A DNA stretch of 64,000 bases. Origin: an uncultured Pirellulaceae bacterium (GTDB lineage Bacteria; Planctomycetota; Planctomycetia; Pirellulales; Pirellulaceae). Positions 1 to 9,441 of the stretch are shown here, piece after piece. The notes under the pieces are model-generated. The model saw only the letters and a list, made by a program, of their open reading frames with translations, had not been told where the DNA came from and made no database searches. A program made the position numbers and the translations under genes. The DNA is taken from assembly GCA_964468915.1 (NCBI GenBank), contig CAYXWX010000001.1:10055-74054 (forward strand), written 5' to 3'. The stretch's first letter is position 1. Every line of letters begins with the position of its first letter.

Positions 1-122
1 CGGGTTTCTGGCATTGTTGACTCAGACACCCTCCAAATTTGATGAGCACGTTGCATTGAGGCCAAATCGCTTGATCTTGATCGCGGCCGTCGAACCCCAA
101 GTTCGCAACACGGAAAAGTTCT

Positions 123-518
123 ATGGCAAAAATACTCGTACTAGACGATCGGCCTGCAATTTGTGATCTGATTCAATATGGCTTGATCGATGCGGGGCAC
201 GAAGTTCGCACCGCTTACACAGGCGACCAGGCGATCGACCTCGGTTACCTTTTCGAACCACAAATTCTGATCACCGATTGGGATCTTAAAGGCGAATACG
301 ACGGCTTGGAAGTCTGCGAAGCCATCCATCACGCGAACAATAAGATCAGAATGATTCTGATGTCTGGTCATTCAATGGATCATCTCGGGGATCGCTTTGA
401 ACAGCAGTACGTGTTCTCCATGCTGGAAAAGCCCTTCTGCATCGAGAAGCTGTTCGACCTTGTTGAACAGGCTCTGACGACCAGCAGCGGCATGCCAGCC
501 AGCTTCTCGGTAAATTAA
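123..518 (+). CDS. single-domain response regulator (CheY-like receiver)
   Basis: 131-aa ORF. Receiver signatures are ILVLDD (acidic pocket), LITDWDL (phospho-acceptor Asp), MSGH and EKPF (Lys-Pro). No output domain. Confidence 0.85.
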   Translation: MAKILVLDDRPAICDLIQYGLIDAGHEVRTAYTGDQAIDLGYLFEPQILITDWDLKGEYDGLEVCEAIHHANNKIRMILMSGHSMDHLGDRFEQQYVFSMLEKPFCIEKLFDLVEQALTTSSGMPASFSVN

Positions 519-841
519 CAGACGGTAGCTGAAAGGCGGCAGCTTTAAAAACTCAGCTGTCTCTTTCGATGCCCGCAGGAATGCACGCGTTCAACGAGCG
601 ACGGCAAGTTAATGTCGTGGCGAACCGAATGTTGCATCAAATCTCGAACCGTAAACGAGGGACGAAAGATCTCTTACTGAATCGGCCGTGTGCAGTTGGC
701 TCAACACAACCACCGCCGGCAAGACGTCGGGATTTCGCTGCCAACGAACAATCAATCGATCAAAAAAAAAAACGGTGCATGAAGAAAATCTTCAGCACCG
801 ATTCATTGGTTTTTGCTTGATTTTGGCGGAACGTTTCGAAA

Positions 842-1543
842 TCACGCGGCTTTATGCTCTAGCGATTCGTCCACTGCTTTCCTCGGTCGACCGCTGCAAA
901 AAAACTGTTTCCGAGTCGAAAGCACATCGTTTTCGACCTGAGTGACCAGTTTGATCAGCTCCACGTATGAACCAACCTTCAGTTTCTTCATCGTGTTGGC
1001 CCGATCGCCTTCGACGGTTCGAAGTCCCATGTCCAGAATGGCGGCAACTCGCTTGTTGGATTCACCATCCATCAGAAGTCGGAGAATTGCTTTTTCTCGC
1101 TTCGTCAGACAATTGAAGATTGGAGCCGAAAAACGACGTTCTTCGCTGGAAAGGAACTCCTGAACACGCATCTCGCTGATCAACGCGTTTCGCATGTTGT
1201 CTTTCAGTTCATTTTCGTCCAACGGTTTTTCAATCACGTTGACCGCTCCAAGACCTGCGGCTCGGAAACTTGCCTGCACATCTCCCTTCGGTACCGCGAC
1301 GATCAACGCCCACTGGTCTTTGGATTGATGTGCGACAAACGGATCGTTCTGTCCGCTGGCAGAATGGTAATCGAATACGACACAGGAAATCTTTCGACCG
1401 AAGGTGTCTTGATTTGCTTTCACCACGTCATCCGATTGGTAAAAGTCACATCCGATTGACATTACTGCGTTCTGAACACACTCTATAAAATCAGCCTCAG
1501 TTGAGACGCACGCGATTAGCGGTTTTGAGTCATAGTCTTGCAT
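842..1543 (-). CDS. LuxR/FixJ-family transcriptional regulator with atypical receiver-like N-domain
   Basis: C-terminal LuxR HTH (LTKREKAILRLLMDGESNKRVAAILDMGLRTVEGDRANTMKKLKV). The N-domain is receiver-like (VVFDYH, IEKPL) but lacks the DD pair and the Thr/Ser. ATG at 1543 is preferred over the longest-ORF start at 1681. Confidence 0.7.
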   Translation of the reverse strand: MQDYDSKPLIACVSTEADFIECVQNAVMSIGCDFYQSDDVVKANQDTFGRKISCVVFDYHSASGQNDPFVAHQSKDQWALIVAVPKGDVQASFRAAGLGAVNVIEKPLDENELKDNMRNALISEMRVQEFLSSEERRFSAPIFNCLTKREKAILRLLMDGESNKRVAAILDMGLRTVEGDRANTMKKLKVGSYVELIKLVTQVENDVLSTRKQFFCSGRPRKAVDESLEHKAA

Positions 1544-2106
1544 AGAATTAGCTTTGGTTGAGTACCAGAATCGAGAAAAGAGTAGAGACGGTACTGTGAA
1601 GAAACCCGCAATCTTTGGCAAGTCCATTTTTTTGTAACATTCCGTTGCGTGCAATCGCTGAATGCTCTCGCCTTGAATCACGTCGACAATCGTTCCAATT
1701 TTTTGGAACGGGTTTCACGCTATTTCAGCACCACGCGAACGAGAAAGCCTGTCAAAATTCGCCGCAACAGACATCTCAATTCGCTGTCGCTCGCCAGCCA
1801 TTTGCTCGAACTCCGCAACAGCCCACTGTGGAACGTTTTTCCTTCAGGTGAAAAGTTTTCGTCCCGCTGGCAGCCTCATATTTTGCCCACAACGCAGACC
1901 CCCTATTTTCAGCGCTGTAAGTGCAGGGATTTATGAGAATCTGGGCAAGTGGCATTGCAATTGCTCTGAGTGGTTGACTTCGTAATTCGGGAAGGTTCAT
2001 AGAAGGCCGGAATTGCCCGAAGACGAATCGATTTCGGTTTGGCGATCGGCACTGTTTCCAACTTCAATGCCGTCCAAATTTTCAAAACAAGCAGTCAGCT
2101 CAACCT

Positions 2107-4740
2107 ATGCAATCAAGCAGCACCCTGCCGTTTGTCGCCAGTGGAGGAAACTTCTCTGCTGCAGCCGATCTGTTCGCGGTCGCGCCAGCTTTGCAAAACC
2201 CTGATGGTCAGGCAGCGTTATCCCAACCGACTGCTTCAACGCCACAAGCTCAGAACGATCAACAGTCGCCCTTCGGTGAAATACTTGAAGCGTTGAGCGT
2301 ATCTGACGAGGCCCGGAACTCAGAATCACCAGAAGTCACAAACGAACAGCCAGAGAAACTGGCTCCAGAACAATCAAAAAAATTGGGCTCGATCCTGACA
2401 AGTGCTTTCCGAACGCCAGCCGCTTTACCAGCCCAAACCGAAAACGTCCAATTTCAACCGGTGCTGCACACACCAGTGAAAACACCATCTGAAATTGTGA
2501 ACACAGACGCGACGAAACTTGTTGAATCATTGGAAACGCAGACAAACTTGCAACAGCAGCCGGAACACCCAAACCCTGTTGCCAACGGATTGCAAACTCA
2601 GTCGCCCGGTCGCAACGAGAAACGCCCGCCGCAGACGATTGATTTGAGTTCAGGCTCGAATCTGGATTTTCAGTTCAAAAAGGTAGAGACAGAAGCCGCA
2701 GCCAACCCGTCTTTGCAGCCAGCAACCGTCGATTCGGCCACCTCCCCGGCGTTGTCGAGTGGCATCAAGCAGACTTCGGAAATCACATCCGAAAAACTCT
2801 TATTTCAATCACAATCCACGCTGCCCCTTCAAGTAGATACCTCACTTTCACCTGTCGCTGCCGTTGCCCCGCAGAACGTTACAGTTGAAGGAACAGCTCC
2901 CCTTACTGTTGACCGGCAGCAAACGGAACGAATTAAAGAATCCACCCCCTCTGATCCGCAAGCCGATGCCGGACCAGGCGATCCCACTCAAAACAATGGG
3001 CCGTTGGTCGATCAAGGTAAATCTGCCGCTGATCAATTCAGCAACGAACCGTTCCCCGCGCAGAGCTCTGTCCAACAGGCGACAGGCGAAACAAATTCTG
3101 AGGGTGATCAATACGCCTCAAGAACAAATCACGACTTCGATGACGGGTTACCACGAAACGAATCTGTCGGTCAGCCAATCGCTGCTGAAATCCAACAACC
3201 CGCCACTGCCCAACCGATACCGCTTCCAGCCCGTACCGACATCCCTGTCTTTTCACTCGAGCCGGGCACGGAACAACAAGGAAAGCTCACTGATGGCGAT
3301 CGTCAAATCAGTGTGCCCTCGACCGGCACAGGTCACGAAACGTCCGAAGATCAGACTCAAGAACCGAGCGTTCAAATACCTGCACCGGGCGGTCCTGTTG
3401 ACAACTTCACCAACCGGGATCGAATCGTTGAAACTGGCGAAGCACCTCTGACGACCAACGGTGATGCGAGCGAGTATCGCAAGGCAGAAAATTCGAATCC
3501 GGACAACGGGGAAAACGACAGGGCGATCCATTTTGATTTGGTGGAAACGCCACCGCAAAATGTTAATTCTGCCGGGGAAAATCAAGAGGCAGACGCACCG
3601 GTTCTACCGGCCGCAGAAAACACCCCAATTCAGTCCGACGAACCGAACCACCCCCCCAACAACTCAGTTGCGCAGCATGGAGAGCACTCCCAGCTGGAAG
3701 CATTGACTGCCATTGCCAGAGAACCGGAATCACCAAACGCTCTTGATCATGTCGTGGTGGATTCAGGCGAGATTCCATCAAACAACCATTTGAAGGAAGT
3801 GCCGAAGTCGACGATTCAGATCAACGAGAATCTGCCACCAGCCCGCGCGATTGAACTGACAGCACCCGCTGCCCAGGATGTCAACGTCGAACAACTCACG
3901 GCTACTGACGTGTCGGTCGAGCCAGAAAGTTTCGACGGTTTCGATTCATCCAATCAACGCGAGCATTCATCAGAAGATCAACCTCACGAGACGACGGTTC
4001 AGGGCCTTGATGGAGAATCAACATTGGAGGACACGTTTGTCGGATTAAGCGATTTTCCTGAGCCAGAAACCTTGATCGAATCCTCGAACCTTGCCAACAA
4101 CCACGATAAACCTACGCCTGACCGAGGATCCAATCTATCAGCGGGCCCCGGCGAACCGCAGTTGTTCTCAGCACGTGCGCCATCAGTGGCTGTCGATCCA
4201 GCTTTTACATCGAACCCTGTCGCGACGATTCATGAACGTCTTGTTGCCAACACCTACAGTGCAACTTCCGTTCAGAATCCTGTTGCGACTTCCATTTCAG
4301 CCTTTGATGCCGAAACCATCAACAGCCTCAGAGATCAGGTCAGTCACACTTTGTTTTCTGAACTGAGCGCGGTCACGCGATCCGCAGAGGCATCGTCGAT
4401 CACGATTGATCTGCATCCTGCGGAACTCGGTCGCCTGACGTTGAGCGTCGGTGTTGAGAACGAGGCGATCAGCGCCACGATCATCACGTCGGAGCTGACA
4501 ACCAACGACTTGCTGACACGAGACAAGCAGATTCTTATTGATGTTTTGCGAGAGCAGGGTCTGGAGGTCGATTCTTTTGAAATTTCATACAGCCGCGGCG
4601 AAAATCAAGAACACGCCCATGATTCTGACTCAGCCGAACAACAGCGGTTCGCGTTTTCAACACAGTCGCCTGCCGCACCTGCGATAACCAGCCCAGATAT
4701 CGAATCAGGGAACACTTCAGGGATCAACTTGATCGCCTGA
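2107..4740 (+). CDS. fliK: flagellar hook-length control protein FliK (unusually long, 877 aa)
   Basis: C-terminal Flg_hook-type domain (ITIDLHPAELGRLTLSVGVENEAISATIITSELTTNDLL...LREQGLEVDSFEISYS). Long Pro/Gln/Glu-rich low-complexity body. Sits directly upstream of flgD-flgE. Confidence 0.8.
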   Translation: MQSSSTLPFVASGGNFSAAADLFAVAPALQNPDGQAALSQPTASTPQAQNDQQSPFGEILEALSVSDEARNSESPEVTNEQPEKLAPEQSKKLGSILTSAFRTPAALPAQTENVQFQPVLHTPVKTPSEIVNTDATKLVESLETQTNLQQQPEHPNPVANGLQTQSPGRNEKRPPQTIDLSSGSNLDFQFKKVETEAAANPSLQPATVDSATSPALSSGIKQTSEITSEKLLFQSQSTLPLQVDTSLSPVAAVAPQNVTVEGTAPLTVDRQQTERIKESTPSDPQADAGPGDPTQNNGPLVDQGKSAADQFSNEPFPAQSSVQQATGETNSEGDQYASRTNHDFDDGLPRNESVGQPIAAEIQQPATAQPIPLPARTDIPVFSLEPGTEQQGKLTDGDRQISVPSTGTGHETSEDQTQEPSVQIPAPGGPVDNFTNRDRIVETGEAPLTTNGDASEYRKAENSNPDNGENDRAIHFDLVETPPQNVNSAGENQEADAPVLPAAENTPIQSDEPNHPPNNSVAQHGEHSQLEALTAIAREPESPNALDHVVVDSGEIPSNNHLKEVPKSTIQINENLPPARAIELTAPAAQDVNVEQLTATDVSVEPESFDGFDSSNQREHSSEDQPHETTVQGLDGESTLEDTFVGLSDFPEPETLIESSNLANNHDKPTPDRGSNLSAGPGEPQLFSARAPSVAVDPAFTSNPVATIHERLVANTYSATSVQNPVATSISAFDAETINSLRDQVSHTLFSELSAVTRSAEASSITIDLHPAELGRLTLSVGVENEAISATIITSELTTNDLLTRDKQILIDVLREQGLEVDSFEISYSRGENQEHAHDSDSAEQQRFAFSTQSPAAPAITSPDIESGNTSGINLIA

Positions 4741-4792
4741 CTCAACAGATTCATTCGTCCGAACAACAAAAAATAACTCATGGAGGAGTCAC

Positions 4793-5185
4793 ATGTCTGC
4801 TATCACGGCACAAGTCGCAACGACAGACTTTTTGCAACTGTTAACCATTCAGCTGCAGAATCAAGATCCAATCGATCCCGTCAAGCAGGAAGATTTCATC
4901 TCTCAGCTGTCCCAATTTTCTCTGCTGGAAGGCATGGAAGAGCTCAACAGCAATTTTGGCCAGCTACTTGAAACTCAACAAACAAACCAAGCTCAGCTTC
5001 TGGAGGTTCAGCAATTCAATCAAGGCGTCAATCTGGTTGGCAAGGAAGCCAGATACACCGACCCGAAAACCGGCAACGAAACCTCGGGCACTGTGGATCA
5101 ACTTCTGCTCGATAACGGAACCACCGGCTTGCTGATCGCGGGCGAGCGGATTGCACTTGACGTGGTGTCCGGCATTCTAGCCTGA
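4793..5185 (+). CDS. flgD: flagellar hook assembly/capping protein FlgD
   Basis: N-terminal FlgD motif FLQLLTIQLQNQDPIDPVKQEDFISQLSQFSLLEG. GGAGGAG Shine-Dalgarno upstream. Located between fliK and flgE. Confidence 0.9.
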   Translation: MSAITAQVATTDFLQLLTIQLQNQDPIDPVKQEDFISQLSQFSLLEGMEELNSNFGQLLETQQTNQAQLLEVQQFNQGVNLVGKEARYTDPKTGNETSGTVDQLLLDNGTTGLLIAGERIALDVVSGILA

Positions 5186-5205
5186 CGGAAGCTTCGTGAA
5201 ACACC

Positions 5206-5224
5206 GATTGCAAATCTTGCAATC
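5206..5224 (+). promoter_or_regulatory. perfect 8-3-8 palindrome GATTGCAAatcTTGCAATC in the flgD-flgE spacer
   Basis: Seen directly. No downstream U-run, so it does not look like an intrinsic terminator. Could be an operator or an RNA hairpin. Confidence 0.4.
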
Positions 5225-5271
5225 TGGCTAATTAAATCGACCCCTCTATTGTACTAAACAAGGAATCAACC

Positions 5272-6924
5272 ATGACTCAAAGCCTTTTCACCGGAGCATC
5301 AGGACTACTTGCTCACCAAAGAAAGCTGGACGTTGTCGCCAACAATCTCGCAAACTTGAATACAACCAGCTACAAGTCACAAAGCATTCAATTTGCTGAC
5401 TTGCTTTACGACACCATTCAGTCAGCATCTGGACCAGCCGGTCTGTTTTCAGGGGGAACGAACTCGAAACAGATTGGCCAGGGAGTCAACGTCTCTCAGG
5501 TGACCAAAGATTTCACCCAGGGAATTCTTGCCAACACCGGAAAATCATTTGACTTCGCCATTCAGGGGGACGGATTTTTCATCGTTTCGTCAGACTCTCC
5601 GAAATTCACTCGAGATGGAGCATTTGCCGTTGACGCCAATGGTTATCTTGTCGACCCATCGACTGGTGACTACGTGCAACGGTTCGGAAACATTGGTGAA
5701 TCATTCAACGCCGGTGCCTCAACAGGATTCCAAAGCCCAGGTGATACTCGAATTTTTGTACCCTTGGGAGCCAGTGTGCCTGGTGGTGCAACAACCAACT
5801 TCTCGTTTCAAGGGAACTTACCTGCCTCAGCAGATCCACCAACGACGGAAGTTCTTGTGTCTGCATTTCCATTGGAGACGGGCGGCTCGCCAGCCGATGC
5901 TTCGACAGCCCTGAACGATCTTAACAACAATCTGGTCGACTATACCGCAGGTGACATTATCCTGATCGAAGGCACCAATGCAGATGGTTCCGCCTTCTCT
6001 GCAAACTTCACTTTCGGTACCGATGGAACGACGGTAGGAGACTTGGTCACTGCCATTGGAAACCAGCTTACCGACTCATCGATCGCCATCGTTGATGGAA
6101 ATCTTCAAATTACGGCAGATGCTGCAGGCGCCGCTGACCTCAGTCTATCGATTCAAGATGATGGCGCAAGTACGGGTGAAACAGATTGGGATCAACACTT
6201 TTTAATTGCTCAAACCACGGGTCTCGATGGCGGCACGTTCGAATCAGTGATTCAGGTGTACGACTCGCTGGGAGAATCGCACCCGATCACTGCGACATTC
6301 GAAAAGATCACCGCCAGCGAATGGACAGCGACATTCAGTTCGCCCGACACCAATGGAAGCGTCCAATTCACTGATGGTCTGGTATCCAACATTCGATTCA
6401 ATGAAGATGGAAGCTTTCAAACGGTAGGAGGCACCGGCCTCGGCGATGCAAATATCGAGGTGACCATCGATGGCCTGACTCAGCCACTGGTCGTTTCAAT
6501 CGCGCTTGATGGAATGAGTCATGTCAATTCCGCTTTCAACGCGACACCCCAGCAGGATGGATTTCCACCGGGAAACATTATTTCCATTTCTGCATCCACT
6601 GACGGGGTGCTGACGGGAATCGCGACCAATGGTGAGCAGGTCGATTTTGCTCAGCTGGCCATCGCCAAGTTTGCCAACAACTCGGGTCTCGAAAGTGTCG
6701 GCCAGAACTACTATCAACAGACCACAAACAGCGGACTACCGGTTGTGGGGGCTGCGGAAACCAATGGCGTTGGCGAAGTTCGAGGCGGTCAACTTGAAAA
6801 TTCAAACGTCGACATCGCGCTCGAATTTACCCAACTGATCGTGGCTCAGCGAGGGTTCTCAGCCAACGCTCGAACGATCACGGTGGCTTCCGAAGTCTTG
6901 CAGGAATTGAACAACATCCTGTAA
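5272..6924 (+). CDS. flgE: flagellar hook protein FlgE
   Basis: Flagellar rod/hook N-terminus (SLFTGASGLLAHQRKLDVVANNLANLNTTSYK) and C-terminus (GGQLENSNVDIALEFTQLIVAQRGFSANARTI). 550 aa with a large central insertion. Confidence 0.92.
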   Translation: MTQSLFTGASGLLAHQRKLDVVANNLANLNTTSYKSQSIQFADLLYDTIQSASGPAGLFSGGTNSKQIGQGVNVSQVTKDFTQGILANTGKSFDFAIQGDGFFIVSSDSPKFTRDGAFAVDANGYLVDPSTGDYVQRFGNIGESFNAGASTGFQSPGDTRIFVPLGASVPGGATTNFSFQGNLPASADPPTTEVLVSAFPLETGGSPADASTALNDLNNNLVDYTAGDIILIEGTNADGSAFSANFTFGTDGTTVGDLVTAIGNQLTDSSIAIVDGNLQITADAAGAADLSLSIQDDGASTGETDWDQHFLIAQTTGLDGGTFESVIQVYDSLGESHPITATFEKITASEWTATFSSPDTNGSVQFTDGLVSNIRFNEDGSFQTVGGTGLGDANIEVTIDGLTQPLVVSIALDGMSHVNSAFNATPQQDGFPPGNIISISASTDGVLTGIATNGEQVDFAQLAIAKFANNSGLESVGQNYYQQTTNSGLPVVGAAETNGVGEVRGGQLENSNVDIALEFTQLIVAQRGFSANARTITVASEVLQELNNIL

Positions 6925-6941
6925 TCAAATGGAGTTACTGA

Positions 6942-7310
6942 ATGGATTCTTTGAACGCTGACCAGCCTGCGGAGCCGAAGCCTCAACGACGCCGAGCGTT
7001 TCGGCTTCGAATACCCGCTGGCGAGCGATTGATCGCAACCATCGAAGGCACTGACCACGTTGTGCTGGAGGTTTCCGAGTACGGGCTGGTCGTCGATGCG
7101 GTCGAAGTTCCAAACTGTGATGGCTGCTGCAAAGGCGTGATCCACTGGGACAGCCGTAATCAATCGGCGTTTGAAGGTACGATGGGTGCCCATGCAAAAG
7201 GTGGCCGCGTGATTGAGATCCTGGACGGAATCTCAATGCGTGACATGGTTCGACAGCAGCGTCGACTGATGAGTCGTTACCCATCGGTGCGACTGTGGAG
7301 CGATTCGTGA
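6942..7310 (+). CDS. PilZ-like domain protein (putative c-di-GMP receptor)
   Basis: 122-aa ORF. It has an RRRAFRLR (RxxxR-type) motif followed by EVSEYG, which resembles D/NxSxxG with Glu in the first position. It is the last gene of the fliK-flgD-flgE block. Confidence 0.5.
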   Translation: MDSLNADQPAEPKPQRRRAFRLRIPAGERLIATIEGTDHVVLEVSEYGLVVDAVEVPNCDGCCKGVIHWDSRNQSAFEGTMGAHAKGGRVIEILDGISMRDMVRQQRRLMSRYPSVRLWSDS

Positions 7311-7313
7311 CGA

Positions 7314-8378
7314 TCACGCTGCCGATCGATCCGTCGTCTTGATGAAGTTGAGAATTTCGGCGACCGCCTGATAGATCTCCATCGGAATTTCTCCGCCCGC
7401 TTTGACGTGAGCATAAAGGAATCGGGCGACCGGTTTGCGTTCGACCACCGGCACACCGTTCTCCTTCGCGATTTTGATAATCTGCTTGGCAAGAAAGTCC
7501 GTTCCCTTTGCCACCACAATCGGTGCCGCAGACACTTCCGGATCATACTTCAATGCAACGGCGTAGTGAGTCGGGTTGGTAACGACGACGGTCGCTTTGG
7601 GCACTTCACGTGACACGCGTTGTTTTGCCATCTCGCTTTGCAACCGGCGAACGCGTGCTTTCAACTGAGGGTCTCCGTCGGTGTCTTTGTTTTCTTCTTT
7701 GATTTCCTGACGCGTCATCAAAAGATCCTGGCGTTGTTTCCAGATTTGAAAACCAAGGTCAACGACGCCAATCACAACCATGAAAACTGCCGTCGCAATG
7801 CCGATGTTCAGACACAACCTCGCCCCAACACCAAGCATCTGGCCATAAGTGGCTGCTCCTGAGAAAGTAATGTCTCGCAGGTCGGCGATGGTCAAAAACC
7901 ACGTAACCGCGATGATGGCAGCAGTTTTCGCCAGCGAGATCACCAGCTTGTTCAACGAGCGAGTTGAAAAAATGCGTTTGATGCCACTCGTCAACGAAAT
8001 CTTGCTCCATTTCATCTCAAGAGGTTTGAATGAAATGTTGAATCGCGTCTGCAACAGGCCCGCGGTGATGGCAACAAATGCCAGAGGGATCATCAATGCC
8101 ATGCAGGCAGTGCCAACCTGCTCAGTACTTCGACGCATTGCCAGCAGAATCGACTCCGGATGAGCCAGCATGGGATGAAAAAACGACAGTCGCTCACGAA
8201 TCGAAGCCAACATCGAATCAAAAAACCATTTACCCATCCCCATGAAGAACAACATCGCCACGAGCATAAGCAGGCCACCCACCAGCTCCGCACTGAACGC
8301 AAGCTGACCATCCTCGAACGCTTTCTGCCAGCGCCGCGCGGTCGGTTCCTCTGTGGGTTGTTCAGAACGGTCTTCCAT
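7314..8378 (-). CDS. flhB: flagellar export apparatus protein FlhB
   Basis: 354 aa. N-terminal EDRSEQPTEEPTARRWQKAFEDGQ. NPTH autocleavage motif (VVVTNPTHYAVALKY). C-terminal PVVERKPVARFLY. Confidence 0.92.
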   Translation of the reverse strand: MEDRSEQPTEEPTARRWQKAFEDGQLAFSAELVGGLLMLVAMLFFMGMGKWFFDSMLASIRERLSFFHPMLAHPESILLAMRRSTEQVGTACMALMIPLAFVAITAGLLQTRFNISFKPLEMKWSKISLTSGIKRIFSTRSLNKLVISLAKTAAIIAVTWFLTIADLRDITFSGAATYGQMLGVGARLCLNIGIATAVFMVVIGVVDLGFQIWKQRQDLLMTRQEIKEENKDTDGDPQLKARVRRLQSEMAKQRVSREVPKATVVVTNPTHYAVALKYDPEVSAAPIVVAKGTDFLAKQIIKIAKENGVPVVERKPVARFLYAHVKAGGEIPMEIYQAVAEILNFIKTTDRSAA

Positions 8379-8392
8379 CAGCCTTCAGTTGT

Positions 8393-9160
8393 CTATTGAA
8401 AGTAAACGGCGAAATTTTCAAGGTCTTGCTGGTGACGAAAAAAATACATCTCCATCGATTTCATGATCACGGGCATAAACACGATCAGACAAACAAGCCC
8501 CAGTCCGGCTCGCAAAGACATTCCCACTGAAAAAAGATTCAACGTTGGGGCTGCTTTGTTCAACAGAGCCAACGCGATCGTCAGAACAAACAGGCAGATG
8601 CCTGCCGGACCGATCAGCAAACAACCGAATTCTGACAACGCATGAGTCGATTCCACCAGCAGCTCAGTCGGCAGATCCAGCAAGTCAATTTTTCCGGACA
8701 ATTCGACCAGCGAAACATGCAGGAACATGACCAGAAAGTGGTGCAAGTTCAACCCAAAAAACAACATGATTGCGAGGGTCTCGAAAACGGTTGTCACCAG
8801 CGTCGAAGAGTCGCTCCCGCTGGGGCTTGATACCGCCGCCAGGGAAAGCCCCATCTCCTGTCCCACGTACGCTCCCGCAATTTTGGCCGGGACAAACATA
8901 AACCCAAGCACCGCCGCTAACAGAAATCCGATTCCGGTTTCCTGCGCGATCAACAGAACTGACGTCACAACGTTGATGTTTCCCGTAAACATCGATTCGG
9001 CGGGAAGACTTCCGTACCAGAACAGCGTCAGTGCCATCGCAAGCCCTGCCTTGACCATCGCTGGCAGCTGACGCTGACCGAATAACGGCAGAAACCCGAC
9101 AAACGCAGCAACGCGAGTCAAAATCAGGATGAACGAAAATACTTGTTGCTCGAGCGTCAT
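8393..9160 (-). CDS. fliR: flagellar export gate protein FliR
   Basis: 255-aa polytopic membrane protein. Lies between fliQ and flhA-type partner flhB. Its start overlaps the fliQ stop by 4 nt. Confidence 0.85.
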   Translation of the reverse strand: MTLEQQVFSFILILTRVAAFVGFLPLFGQRQLPAMVKAGLAMALTLFWYGSLPAESMFTGNINVVTSVLLIAQETGIGFLLAAVLGFMFVPAKIAGAYVGQEMGLSLAAVSSPSGSDSSTLVTTVFETLAIMLFFGLNLHHFLVMFLHVSLVELSGKIDLLDLPTELLVESTHALSEFGCLLIGPAGICLFVLTIALALLNKAAPTLNLFSVGMSLRAGLGLVCLIVFMPVIMKSMEMYFFRHQQDLENFAVYFQ

Positions 9161-9423
9161 AGCACCTGATTCATTTTCTCAATCATCTGAACCGTATACG
9201 TCTTCAACGTAGCCAGATACCACGGCGTCAGCACAATCACCACTCCCACGACCGCAACGATGCGAGGAGCAAACGTCAGTGTTTGTTCCTGAATGCTGGT
9301 GACCGTCTGCGCGATACTGATAAACAAGCCAACCACAAGGCTCACAATCACGATCGGAGCCACCAGCAGCAGCGACGTCAGCATTAGATCTCGTCCGATG
9401 ATGATCGCGTCGTTCATTTCCAT
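9157..9423 (-). CDS. fliQ: flagellar export gate protein FliQ
   Basis: 88-aa two-TM protein (IIGRDLMLTSLLLVAPIVIVSLVVGLFISIAQTVTSIQEQTLTFAPRIV), typical of FliQ/SctS. Confidence 0.9.
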   Translation of the reverse strand: MEMNDAIIIGRDLMLTSLLLVAPIVIVSLVVGLFISIAQTVTSIQEQTLTFAPRIVAVVGVVIVLTPWYLATLKTYTVQMIEKMNQVL

Positions 9424-9441
9424 AACTCAAGCACCTGCAGA

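Noticed and set aside
1960-2106. Weak resemblance of the fliK upstream region (GAGTGGTTGAC, AATCGATTTCGGTTTGGCG, CACTGTTTCCAACTTCAA) to pieces of the type-1 and type-2 elements.
   Set aside because: Only short, gapped 8-10-nt matches, which cannot be told apart from chance without a statistical model.
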